Shown piece after piece: positions 1 to 7,505 of a DNA stretch of 25,158 bases (within the stretch, counting starts at the first letter, position 1; the number at the start of each line of letters is the position of its first letter). This DNA comes from an uncultured Candidatus Saccharibacteria bacterium. Its GTDB lineage: Bacteria; Patescibacteriota; Dojkabacteria; J137; JAEUSD01. The stretch lies in assembly GCA_964351125.1 (NCBI GenBank), contig CAYGMI010000007.1:1-25158 (forward strand), given 5' to 3'. A model generated the notes under the pieces. That model saw nothing but the letters and a program-made list of their open reading frames with translations, was not told the DNA's origin and made no database searches. The translations under genes were made by a program, and so were the position numbers.

Positions 1-2137
1 CTTCTCTATTCGTTTCTGTAGTGCCGGTTAGATAGCTCTCTGCAGATGATATATACAATCTCTGCTTTGCTCTAGTTATAGCTACATAAAACAGCCTACG
101 CTCATCCTGAATATCTATGTCTTTCTTCTGCTCCTTATCTAGCTCAGGTTGGTTTAATAGCTCTAAAGGAAGCTTGATTATTTGAGGCTTCACCTTACCA
201 CCCCAATGCTTGTCGTAACACTTTATGATAAACACGTTCTCGAACTCCAGCCCTTTCGATCCATGTGCAGTCATCATATTTACGGCATCGTCAAATAGCT
301 CTAGCGAGCTTGTTGGTACGTCAATGGAATTTTGCTCTAGAAGTTCAAGATCATTTAAAAAGTCCTCTAGGTTCAAGTCTCTGTTCTCTCTAGATATATT
401 CTTAGTAAATGCGTAGAAAGAATTAATTGCATTCATCTCACTTACATCGATCTCTTTCGTAAGCATGAAAGACAAGAACCCCGATTCTTCAAGTAGTATT
501 GCCATAAATTGCGAAAGCGGCTGGTTTTCTGAAAGTTTTCGCCAATCCACTATCTTTGTAGCAAAATCAAATAGTCCTGAGTCAGAATTCTGACTAGCCT
601 CAGCTAGTTTAGTTTTGTCACTTATTACATCAAATAACTCAAGTTTGTCTTGTTTGGAGGTGCGATTAAAATCGTTTACGTATCTTACCACCCTAAACAC
701 TTCCTCCCTCTGAACTTGAAATGTATTGCCTATAAAGTCAAAAAATATAGCCTCGAACAACAACCGATCTCTTTCTGCGCCTTTAAAGTGAATTAATCTG
801 AGAAGCTTTAGTAATCTATGCACCTGAAAATCGTCCAGTGCATTACCACCAGCCGCAATATTGAGAGGGATTCCGGCTCGGAGCATCTCCTCTATCAGAT
901 CCTCCGCATCTTTGTGCTGTCTATAGATAATAGCAATGTCTTTGTAGTTTGTGCCCGCATCGACTAGCTCTTTAATTTTATTTATTACGAATCTATTCTC
1001 TACTTCGCCAGTGGTTAGCCTTACTATCTCTGGCTTATATTTTGGCTTGTCTACTCCAGCAGTTAGATTTTTAGTAATCTCATCGATTAGGTGCACCAAT
1101 CTATTCGAATTATTTTCGATAGCCGCCTGAGCAGCATCGAGTATCGCCTGACTAGATCTATAGTTAGTGTCGATACTTATTACCTTTACGTCCTTGAATT
1201 GCTGATTAAAGAACAAGACGTTCTCTACGTTTGCACCCTGAAATCTAAAGATTGCTTGATCGTCGTCGCCTACGGCAAAGATATTTGGTCTACCCTCGTT
1301 ACCCTTGCCTAGCAGAGCTACAAGCTCATTTTGTGACCCATTTGTATCTTGGTATTCGTCTACCAAAACATATTGGTAGCGTTCAAGATAATCGTATAAA
1401 AGTTCTTCATCAGTCTTAAACTTATCGACTACAGAGATAATCATGTCTTCGTAGTCGTAAAGGTTTTGTTCAGAAAGGTGTCTTTGGTATTCCGAATATA
1501 TTTGCGCAAGCTCAACATTCCTCTTCTTAGACTTTTCTAGAGTAAGCTGTTCTCCTGTAGGATTACCTTGACGGTTTAACTTAGGATTCTGAAGTGCAAA
1601 CTCTAGCTCTGCTTCAGCTAATTCCCTAAGCTGTTCAGGGCTTGCACCTTCTCGCTTGAGAGTCTGAATTGCTGAGCCAATTGCATATACGTTGTAGTAT
1701 TTATCGTGAAAAGAAATTAGCTCCCAATCTTGGCTGTTACCTAGCTCGTCAATAATCTGCCTCAGAACCTTAATACGCATTAAGTCATTCAATTGAGTGG
1801 GTCTGCTACCAAAGTTTGGGAATTTCTCTTGGTTACTCTGGATTACTTGATTACAAAAACCATGGTAAGTGTTTATATTTACGAAATAAGCGTCTTTGCC
1901 AATTATTCCAAACAGCCTATTTCGCATTGCCGCTACTCCAGCTTCGGTAAATGTTATACAAAGTATATTCTCTGGCGCAGAATCAGTAGTAGCCAGTATA
2001 TTAGCTATTCGAGTAGCTAAGACTTGGGTCTTGCCTGTTCCAGGCCCAGCAACAACTAGCACTGGACCTTCTATTGTTACAACTGCCTCTCTTTGTTTGG
2101 GGTTCAACTTTGCTAACTCAGTCTCAAAACTTGTCAT
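1..2137 (-). CDS. uvrD: ATP-dependent DNA helicase, UvrD/PcrA (SF1A) family; 3' end runs off the window
   Basis: Not in the ORF track because it has no stop in the window. Hand-translated from the ATG at 2137: MTSFETELAKLNPKQREAV...VLVVAGPGTGKT (Walker A), TFT, TYHGFC, LVDEYQDTN (Walker B), VGDDDQAIFRFQGA (III), NYRS (IV), MTAHGSKGLEF (V), DERRLFYVAITRAKQRL (VI). No stops in the stretches I translated (N-terminal ~820 nt and motif regions); the rest was not read codon by codon. Confidence 0.95.
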   Translation of the reverse strand, partial: MTSFETELAKLNPKQREAVVTIEGPVLVVAGPGTGKTQVLATRIANILATTDSAPENILCITFTEAGVAAMRNRLFGIIGKDAYFVNINTYHGFCNQVIQSNQEKFPNFGSRPTQLNDLMRIKVLRQIIDELGNSQDWELISFHDKYYNVYAIGSAIQTLKREGASPEQLRELAEAELEFALQNPKLNRQGNPTGEQLTLEKSKKRNVELAQIYSEYQRHLSEQNLYDYEDMIISVVDKFKTDEELLYDYLERYQYVLVDEYQDTNGSQNELVALLGKGNEGRPNIFAVGDDDQAIFRFQGANVENVLFFNQQFKDVKVISIDTNYRSSQAILDAAQAAIENNSNRLVHLIDEITKNLTAGVDKPKYKPEIVRLTTGEVENRFVINKIKELVDAGTNYKDIAIIYRQHKDAEDLIEEMLRAGIPLNIAAGGNALDDFQVHRLLKLLRLIHFKGAERDRLLFEAIFFDFIGNTFQVQREEVFRVVRYVNDFNRTSKQDKLELFDVISDKTKLAEASQNSDSGLFDFATKIVDWRKLSENQPLSQFMAILLEESGFLSFMLTKEIDVSEMNAINSFYAFTKNISRENRDLNLEDFLNDLELLEQNSIDVPTSSLELFDDAVNMMTAHGSKGLEFENVFIIKCYDKHWGGKVKPQIIKLPLELLNQPELDKEQKKDIDIQDERRLFYVAITRAKQRLYISSAESYLTGTTETNRE

Positions 2138-2142
2138 GACGT

Positions 2143-2148
2143 ATTGTA
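2143..2148 (-). promoter_or_regulatory. Putative -10 element (TACAAT) of a leaderless uvrD transcript
   Basis: TACAAT ends 5 nt before the ATG at 2137; no SD between them. Confidence 0.5.
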
Positions 2149-2298
2149 CACGAAAATTGTTAACCAATTCCTAATTATGGATTTTGATATATCATGATTA
2201 TTTATGTTAAAATCACTTACGTGGTAACACGACTAGAGCTTTAAAAACAGAAAATTCGTGTTATACGTAGTCAAATAATCGATATATGGAGAAATAAG

Positions 2299-3375
2299 AT
2301 GCAAAAAAGTATGATTGTACTGTTGCTGGTTCTTATGATGATCGTGCCGACGTCAACGCACGCTCAGGAATCAACATGCTCACCAGAAGGTCTACCCTCA
2401 GAGGTTTACCTCGGAAGTACAGCTTATCTGGCAGAATGGAACGTTGTAGAAGTCGAAACAGACTCCGACCCCATCTGCGCTGCTTACACACAAACGGAAG
2501 TTGAAGATATACCCTCAGAAGCATTCGCGGTAATGAATGATGATGGCGAATGGGTTGTAACCAGCTTTTACCAATCGATGAACGGCTGGTTGGAGTTTAT
2601 TGGTGCAATCCAGCCTACGGGTAATATCGATGACACAGTTGTTATTTTCGTGTTCGAAACCGAATCCGGTGCAGGATACTATTATCTTGAGAACGCTGAC
2701 TCGGAAGCGACTGCTTCGGCAAACATCCGTCTCACGAACATTTCCATCGAAGAAAATACGGTATCGGGCACGACGCGCGACGGGCAAGGTAGCTCAATCG
2801 TGGTTGTCCCCGCTACAGGTGGTGGATGGGACTGGGCAGAAGCAGAGAATGTATCCGGCCTTGTTGATGGCTTTGACTTCGAAACATGTGAAGGCGAACT
2901 GCCGGAACTCCCCGAAAACACAATGTATCTGGGTGGTAACGCTGTTACCGTGTCATGGACGTGGGCGAATTGTGAAGTAATCTTCACGCAACCGTATGTT
3001 AATGACAGTCTCGAAACAGTAGGCGGGTTCTATCAGGGTTTCGCGCTCTGGGATCGCACTGAATGGGTGATGTCACCGGGACTGTACTCCAGCGGACGTG
3101 GCGAGCTTGAATTCGTGGGGACAATCACCGACACATTCAACGCGGACCGTGAGACGGTGACAGTGTTCGTATTCTCTGACGGTCAAGACGATACATACGT
3201 CTACATCTTAGACTCAACAGGCTATTTTGCTGGCTTCGGACTAACCGTAAACAGCCCGCTTATAGTCGGCACAACCATCGACACCATGCTGACAACCAAT
3301 GGTCGGACCTGCGAACTCATTCGCACGCAAACAGGAAATACACGCGGTTGGGGTTTCGACTGCGAAGACGCATAA
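2299..3375 (+). CDS. Secreted, highly acidic hypothetical protein with an internal tandem domain duplication
   Basis: 358 aa. GGAG SD at 2288-2291; 22-aa Sec signal (MQKSMIVLLLVLMMIVPTSTHA|QE). Two ~150-aa repeats sharing YLG..W, W..Y.S..G.LEF.G.I..T.N.D..TV..FVF...Y.Y. Six Cys; no Lys in the mature chain. Confidence 0.85.
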   Translation: MQKSMIVLLLVLMMIVPTSTHAQESTCSPEGLPSEVYLGSTAYLAEWNVVEVETDSDPICAAYTQTEVEDIPSEAFAVMNDDGEWVVTSFYQSMNGWLEFIGAIQPTGNIDDTVVIFVFETESGAGYYYLENADSEATASANIRLTNISIEENTVSGTTRDGQGSSIVVVPATGGGWDWAEAENVSGLVDGFDFETCEGELPELPENTMYLGGNAVTVSWTWANCEVIFTQPYVNDSLETVGGFYQGFALWDRTEWVMSPGLYSSGRGELEFVGTITDTFNADRETVTVFVFSDGQDDTYVYILDSTGYFAGFGLTVNSPLIVGTTIDTMLTTNGRTCELIRTQTGNTRGWGFDCEDA

Positions 3376-3399
3376 CACTTATTTAAAGCATATCTAGTT

Positions 3400-3431
3400 A
3401 TAGGGACACCCAGGAGGCGTGTCCCTATTTT
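3400..3431 (+). terminator. Rho-independent terminator
   Basis: Perfect inverted repeat ATAGGGACAC (3400-3409) / GTGTCCCTAT (3419-3428) followed by a T-run, 25 nt after the stop codon. Confidence 0.8.
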
Positions 3432-3451
3432 CGTTATATACTGACTAATTA

Positions 3452-3460
3452 TGATAAAAT
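3452..3460 (+). promoter_or_regulatory. Putative extended -10 promoter (TGa-TAAAAT) for the second secreted protein
   Basis: TGATAAAAT just after the terminator and ~55 nt before the GTG at 3516. Confidence 0.45.
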
Positions 3461-3515
3461 TGATTAGAAGCGCAGTAAGAAGCTGCGTTTGACAATAGTA
3501 CGGGAGCTAAATACC

Positions 3516-4190
3516 GTGAAAAAATTAAATCTCTTGTTGTTGATCCTGACTTTACTGGTCAGTCTGGTTGTAGTTTCCGCGCAAGAAGCTGCGGATGAGC
3601 CTACAATTGTACCGATAGATTTGATCATGAACCTTGCCGCTATAAATGGTGTGGAAGTGATCGTTTCTGACACTCAAATCGTTTTAATCAATCAGGATGG
3701 TGCCGCGTTCATTCTTCGTGGAGGACAAGGCACTGATAGTACTCTATTCACCGCAAATGCGGGTGACCTGCTTGATGCATTTGTTTTCATTGCAGAAGTC
3801 GAAGAGGAAATGAACGATATCAATACTTTCGATTCAGCCGTGAGAGTTCGCGATTATACATGGGACGATCCCATTATCGTTGAACGCGAAGAGTCACTCT
3901 GGGTAAATACATCTCGTGATGATGATTCGGAAGCATGGCTAATTGAATTCGAAGAGGGTCGTGGGTTTATAGCATCAAATCATCATGATGATTCAGGAAT
4001 AATTCGTCCAGGAAATAACAACTTATTACTTGGGGGAGCCGAAGGACTTGATGGACAATGTGTAGTGGTCGCAGGGGGGACAGCTACAGACGGGTTACCC
4101 GGACGTTTAGCACTATTCACCCCTGACATGGATAACACTGATGATGTCTGCCATGTAGATCAAGTCCGAAACATACTGAATCAACAATAG
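3516..4190 (+). CDS. Secreted acidic hypothetical protein
   Basis: Start moved from TTG 3489 to GTG 3516 (GGGAG SD at 3502-3506). This gives a 22-aa signal MKKLNLLLLILTLLVSLVVVSA|QE. Two Cys near the C-terminus; no Lys in the mature chain. Confidence 0.8.
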   Translation: MKKLNLLLLILTLLVSLVVVSAQEAADEPTIVPIDLIMNLAAINGVEVIVSDTQIVLINQDGAAFILRGGQGTDSTLFTANAGDLLDAFVFIAEVEEEMNDINTFDSAVRVRDYTWDDPIIVEREESLWVNTSRDDDSEAWLIEFEEGRGFIASNHHDDSGIIRPGNNNLLLGGAEGLDGQCVVVAGGTATDGLPGRLALFTPDMDNTDDVCHVDQVRNILNQQ

Positions 4191-4206
4191 GAATAACTAT
4201 TTGTCA

Positions 4207-4238
4207 GAGGGTACGTGAAGTAAAGCGTGCCCTCATTT
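4207..4238 (+). terminator. Probable intrinsic terminator between convergent genes
   Basis: GAGGGTACG (4207-4215) pairs with CGTGCCCTC (4226-4234), one G-U, 10-nt loop, then ATTT. Confidence 0.55.
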
Positions 4239-4243
4239 CGTTC

Positions 4244-4897
4244 TTAGCTAAAAGGTTCAAGGATCTTTACTTTATTCTCGACCAAATTCATCAGCTTTTT
4301 TGCGTCCTCAATACTACCTACTATCCCTGCGTCGTGATGCATCGGAATTACTATTTCTGGATTCAGTACCTTAACAGCTTCTGCTGCCTCTTTAGAATCC
4401 ATTACATAAGTGCCCGATACAGGTACCATAGCAACATCAATCTTCTCTTTTATTTCTTGATACTCAGGAATATTGTCGGAGTCACCTAAATGAAAAATCG
4501 TCACCCCTTCTACCTCGATTATGAAACCTAGCCAATTATTCTGTTTTGGATGATGTGGTTTATCAATATTGTAGGCTGGCACAGTTTTGAACTTTATTGC
4601 GATCTCTTGCCCTTCATAACCAGGCATAAACCCTAGAATTCTATCGTCGATACCATTTTCTTGTAGTTGATCTTTAACGTCCATAGAACAGATTACCTTA
4701 GTACCATCTGTCATTATCCGGCCAAGGCTTTCTTTATCTAGATGATCATAGTGAGTATGAGTGATAAAGATTAGATCAGCAGTTGGTTGGTTCTGCGGCA
4801 GCTTGAATGGATCTATATAGATAGTCGCGAAAGTAGAATTTATTCTAAATCCCGACTGAAGGTATTTTGTGATGGTGAGATTTTTATATGTGAACAT
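4244..4897 (-). CDS. MBL-fold metallo-hydrolase (UPF0173/Lactamase_B_3-like)
   Basis: 217 aa; IYIDPF, ITHTHYDHLD (HxHxDH), FHLGDS, IPMH motifs. Confidence 0.9.
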   Translation of the reverse strand: MFTYKNLTITKYLQSGFRINSTFATIYIDPFKLPQNQPTADLIFITHTHYDHLDKESLGRIMTDGTKVICSMDVKDQLQENGIDDRILGFMPGYEGQEIAIKFKTVPAYNIDKPHHPKQNNWLGFIIEVEGVTIFHLGDSDNIPEYQEIKEKIDVAMVPVSGTYVMDSKEAAEAVKVLNPEIVIPMHHDAGIVGSIEDAKKLMNLVENKVKILEPFS

Positions 4898-4902
4898 ATT
4901 CT

Positions 4903-4911
4903 ATTCTATCA
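4903..4911 (-). promoter_or_regulatory. Putative extended -10 (TGa-TAGAAT), leaderless start for the MBL gene
   Basis: TGATAGAAT ends 5 nt before the ATG at 4897. Confidence 0.5.
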
Positions 4912-4914
4912 AAC

Positions 4915-5922
4915 CTAGAAAATTCCCAAAGAATAAATCCACAATGCAGTAAGCGCTGCTACCGCTGAAGTTAACCAAAATCTCTGCACTACTTTCGCCT
5001 CAGACCAGCCAATGGCTTCGAAGTGATGATGTATTGGAGCAATCCTGAATATCTTTTTCTTCAAGAACTTGATCGAAAGTATCTGACTTGCGCTCGAGAA
5101 TAATTCCACCCAGAACACAAGACCTAGTATTGCAAAAGGCAATACTGTGTCGGTGACTAGGGCAAACAAAATCAACGCAAATGCGATCGGAAGCGTACCG
5201 GTACCTCCCATAAATACACGCGCTGGATTAATATTGAAGTACAAGTATACAAACGAACTACCCAACATCAAACCCAGATATGGCCATAGGTCAGTTCTAC
5301 CAGTAAGTCCGGCAAATCCAATATAAGCAATAATTGCAATTATAAATTGACCAGTGACCAACCCATCTGCTCCATCTGTTATCTCGATACCATACATTGC
5401 CAAAACCATCGCAAATGCTCCTAGAACCAATATTGGAAGAGTCATATATACAGTTATCCCCAAGATTGTAATTTGAGTTATTCCTATCGACTCTACAACT
5501 ACCAATAAGAAGAAACAGATTAGATATAGAACTAATAATTTTCCGATCCTCCAGGCAAAACTCTCTTGGAATAGTCTAAATCTTTCATCTACTTTTCTGG
5601 CAAATACTAACGATCCTTCAATGAATCCATATAGGGTGGTTAGAATCCAACCAGCAATAAAAAGTGACTTAAGTGGAGATGCAGGTATTAAAAGTAGCGC
5701 CCATACTAGTACGCTAATTGAAATCATTAGTCCACCCATCGTCGGCGTTCCTGATTTATGAGCATGAATCTTAATGAATTCAGCATTCATATTATTGCCC
5801 ATCAGGACATGCCGCACCACAATATTTGCTCTGTATAGTAAGAAGATTAGTACTGGTGCAATAATTGCCGTGGATGTAAATCCCACAATTGCAAAGTTCG
5901 TAAAGTCAGTTAGATTTCCCAT
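4915..5922 (-). CDS. mraY: MraY-family (GT4, phospho-N-acetylmuramoyl-pentapeptide transferase) homolog with substituted catalytic aspartates
   Basis: 335-aa multi-TM protein; HKSGTPTMGG, TDGADGL, YFNINPARVFMG, IFRIAPIHHHFEAIGWSEAKVVQRFW are MraY signatures. The canonical DD reads EG (E102/G103) and MGD reads MGG (G240), so family is secure but activity is not. Confidence 0.85.
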   Translation of the reverse strand: MGNLTDFTNFAIVGFTSTAIIAPVLIFLLYRANIVVRHVLMGNNMNAEFIKIHAHKSGTPTMGGLMISISVLVWALLLIPASPLKSLFIAGWILTTLYGFIEGSLVFARKVDERFRLFQESFAWRIGKLLVLYLICFFLLVVVESIGITQITILGITVYMTLPILVLGAFAMVLAMYGIEITDGADGLVTGQFIIAIIAYIGFAGLTGRTDLWPYLGLMLGSSFVYLYFNINPARVFMGGTGTLPIAFALILFALVTDTVLPFAILGLVFWVELFSSASQILSIKFLKKKIFRIAPIHHHFEAIGWSEAKVVQRFWLTSAVAALTALWIYSLGIF

Positions 5923-6103
5923 AAAATTGTTTTCCTAAATTCAGACCACTATAACTCATTAAATCTACGAAGTGAATCGGATTTGAATGAGCTATATCAC
6001 AGTTTTTTAGTTTTGTGCGATATGATTTATTCGAACTTGCTGCTACACTATACTGCCCTCTATTTAGTCGGGCTGAAGCAGTTTAATTATTAATTTCTTT
6101 CTC

Positions 6104-6514
6104 ATGCAGAAGAAAATTTATATTGGTGGCTTGCCATGGGAACTTGACCGTATTGGTCTTCTCAATTACTTCAAGGCAGTTCTTGAAGGGGCTAACATCG
6201 AAGCTGGATACGAGCTTCCATTTGTATCAGAACCTGTCCAACATCCAAACGCTACCCTTAACGTGGTAGATACTTTTGTTGCGATGGACAAAGAATCTGG
6301 AAAATCCAGAGGATTTGGTTTCATCACAATGGACTTTGTAGACGACTCAGAAGCTGAGGCGTTGTTCGCCAAGATCGTAGATCTGATGAACGAACGTGTA
6401 GTTATCGGTATCCGAGGTCCAAGAGATCTTATTGTAAATGAAGCTACTCCAAAAGAGGAAGACACAGATACAATGGACAACAATAATGATACAGACACAG
6501 ACGAAGTATTTTAA
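6104..6514 (+). CDS. RNA-binding protein, RRM/RNP-1 domain with an insertion and acidic tail
   Basis: RNP2 KIYIGGLPW; DKESGKSRGFGFI (RNP1); LIVNEA C-terminal motif. Confidence 0.9.
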   Translation: MQKKIYIGGLPWELDRIGLLNYFKAVLEGANIEAGYELPFVSEPVQHPNATLNVVDTFVAMDKESGKSRGFGFITMDFVDDSEAEALFAKIVDLMNERVVIGIRGPRDLIVNEATPKEEDTDTMDNNNDTDTDEVF

Positions 6515-6532
6515 ATTTAAAAGATAGAGTCT

Positions 6533-7360
6533 ATGGAAAAGACCCAAGACACGATAACTGTTGATATTAGACCATTCATTTGGCCGGTAACATCAATCAT
6601 TATCGCTTTAATTCTAAGTGCTACAGTGATCATCACTGCCAACATTTTGGTTGGAGGTGGCGGAGCTGTAAGAGGCACTACCACAGCAACTGGTGATACA
6701 GGCACTACTACGACACCTCAAGCTGTCCCAGCAGGAGCTAGTATTGAGAGTATTAGAGGATTGTTCACAGATGGTAATTTGTACTTTGGAGATCCAAACT
6801 CAGATTTACTATTCGTAGAGGTCTCTGACCCAAGCTGTCCTTATTGTCATATTGCAAGCGGACTAAACCCAACTCTAAATGCCTCAGCTGGGGCTCAATT
6901 CACTCTAGTTCAAGACGGTGGAACATATGTTGCTCCAGTTCTAGAAATGAAAAAACTTGTTGATCAGGGAGAAGCCGCATTTGTTTGGATATACTCAAAC
7001 GGACATGGTAACGGAGAATTAGCTACGCAAGCACTTTACTGTGCAGATGAGCAAGGTAAGTTCTGGGAAGCACATGACAAGATGATGACTGCAGAAGGTT
7101 ATGATGTAATCAACGAAGAAGTGCAGAATTCAGTTGCAAATGCTCCAAGAATGGCTGAATTCCTTTCAGGTGCTGTTGACGCAGGTCAGCTTCAAGCTTG
7201 TTTGGAGGCCGGAACTTATGCCTCAAGACCAGCAGAAGATCAGGCTGTCGCTGGAGGACTAGGAGTATCCGGAACACCTGGATTCTTTGTAAACGAAACT
7301 AATTTTGCAGGGGCATATAGTTGGACAGACTTACTACCAACTGTTGAACCTTTCCTGTAA
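6533..7360 (+). CDS. Membrane-anchored DsbA/thioredoxin-family disulfide oxidoreductase
   Basis: N-terminal TM helix, Thr/Gly-rich linker, SDPSCPYCH (CxxC), QGKFWEAHD, GVSGTPGFFVN (cis-Pro loop). Confidence 0.9.
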   Translation: MEKTQDTITVDIRPFIWPVTSIIIALILSATVIITANILVGGGGAVRGTTTATGDTGTTTTPQAVPAGASIESIRGLFTDGNLYFGDPNSDLLFVEVSDPSCPYCHIASGLNPTLNASAGAQFTLVQDGGTYVAPVLEMKKLVDQGEAAFVWIYSNGHGNGELATQALYCADEQGKFWEAHDKMMTAEGYDVINEEVQNSVANAPRMAEFLSGAVDAGQLQACLEAGTYASRPAEDQAVAGGLGVSGTPGFFVNETNFAGAYSWTDLLPTVEPFL

Positions 7361-7382
7361 GAAAATAACTGGGAGTCTTTGG

Positions 7383-7407
7383 AAGCGCCCCGTAACGGGG
7401 CGCTTTA
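7383..7407 (+). terminator. Rho-independent terminator after dsbA-like gene
   Basis: Perfect stem AAGCGCCCCG (7383-7392) / CGGGGCGCTT (7396-7405), followed by TA. Confidence 0.8.
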
Positions 7408-7410
7408 TAG

Positions 7411-7416
7411 TATAAT
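7411..7416 (+). promoter_or_regulatory. -10 element (TATAAT) for tRNA-Gln
   Basis: Consensus TATAAT 10 nt upstream of the tRNA 5' end. Confidence 0.6.
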
Positions 7417-7426
7417 TCCGAACTAA

Positions 7427-7497
7427 TGCCGGATCGTCTAATGGCAGGACTGCGGTTTCTGGATCCGCCAATCTAGGTTCGAATCCTAGTCCGGCAA
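7427..7497 (+). tRNA. tRNA-Gln(CUG), CCA not encoded
   Basis: Acceptor TGCCGGA/TCCGGCA (U1-A72); D arm GTCTAATGGCAGGAC; anticodon arm GCGGT-TTCTGGA-TCCGC (anticodon CTG); T arm CTAGG-TTCGAAT-CCTAG; discriminator A. Confidence 0.93.
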
Positions 7498-7505
7498 TAG
7501 AAACT

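Noticed and set aside
225-2174. Plus-strand ORFs 225-416, 1091-1312, 1793-2020, 1896-2174
   Set aside because: Antisense shadows of the motif-complete minus-strand helicase; no recognisable features.
2148-2262. ACACGA repeats and AACACGA/TCGTGTT inverted repeat in the uvrD/islet intergenic region
   Set aside because: Six- to seven-base matches with irregular spacing; not distinguishable from chance and not a LexA box I can support.
4915-5922. Calling the mraY homolog a pseudogene
   Set aside because: Full-length uninterrupted ORF with most signature motifs intact; the changes are concentrated at catalytic positions.
6041-6103. Structured leader or riboswitch before the RRM gene (TGc-TACACT promoter; GCCC/GGGC and CTGC/GCAG pairings)
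   Set aside because: Stems are only 4-5 bp and match no RNA family I recognise; would need covariation evidence.
6655-6720. Thr/Gly-rich low-complexity stretch in the DsbA-like gene
   Set aside because: An ordinary flexible linker; no nucleotide-level tandem array.
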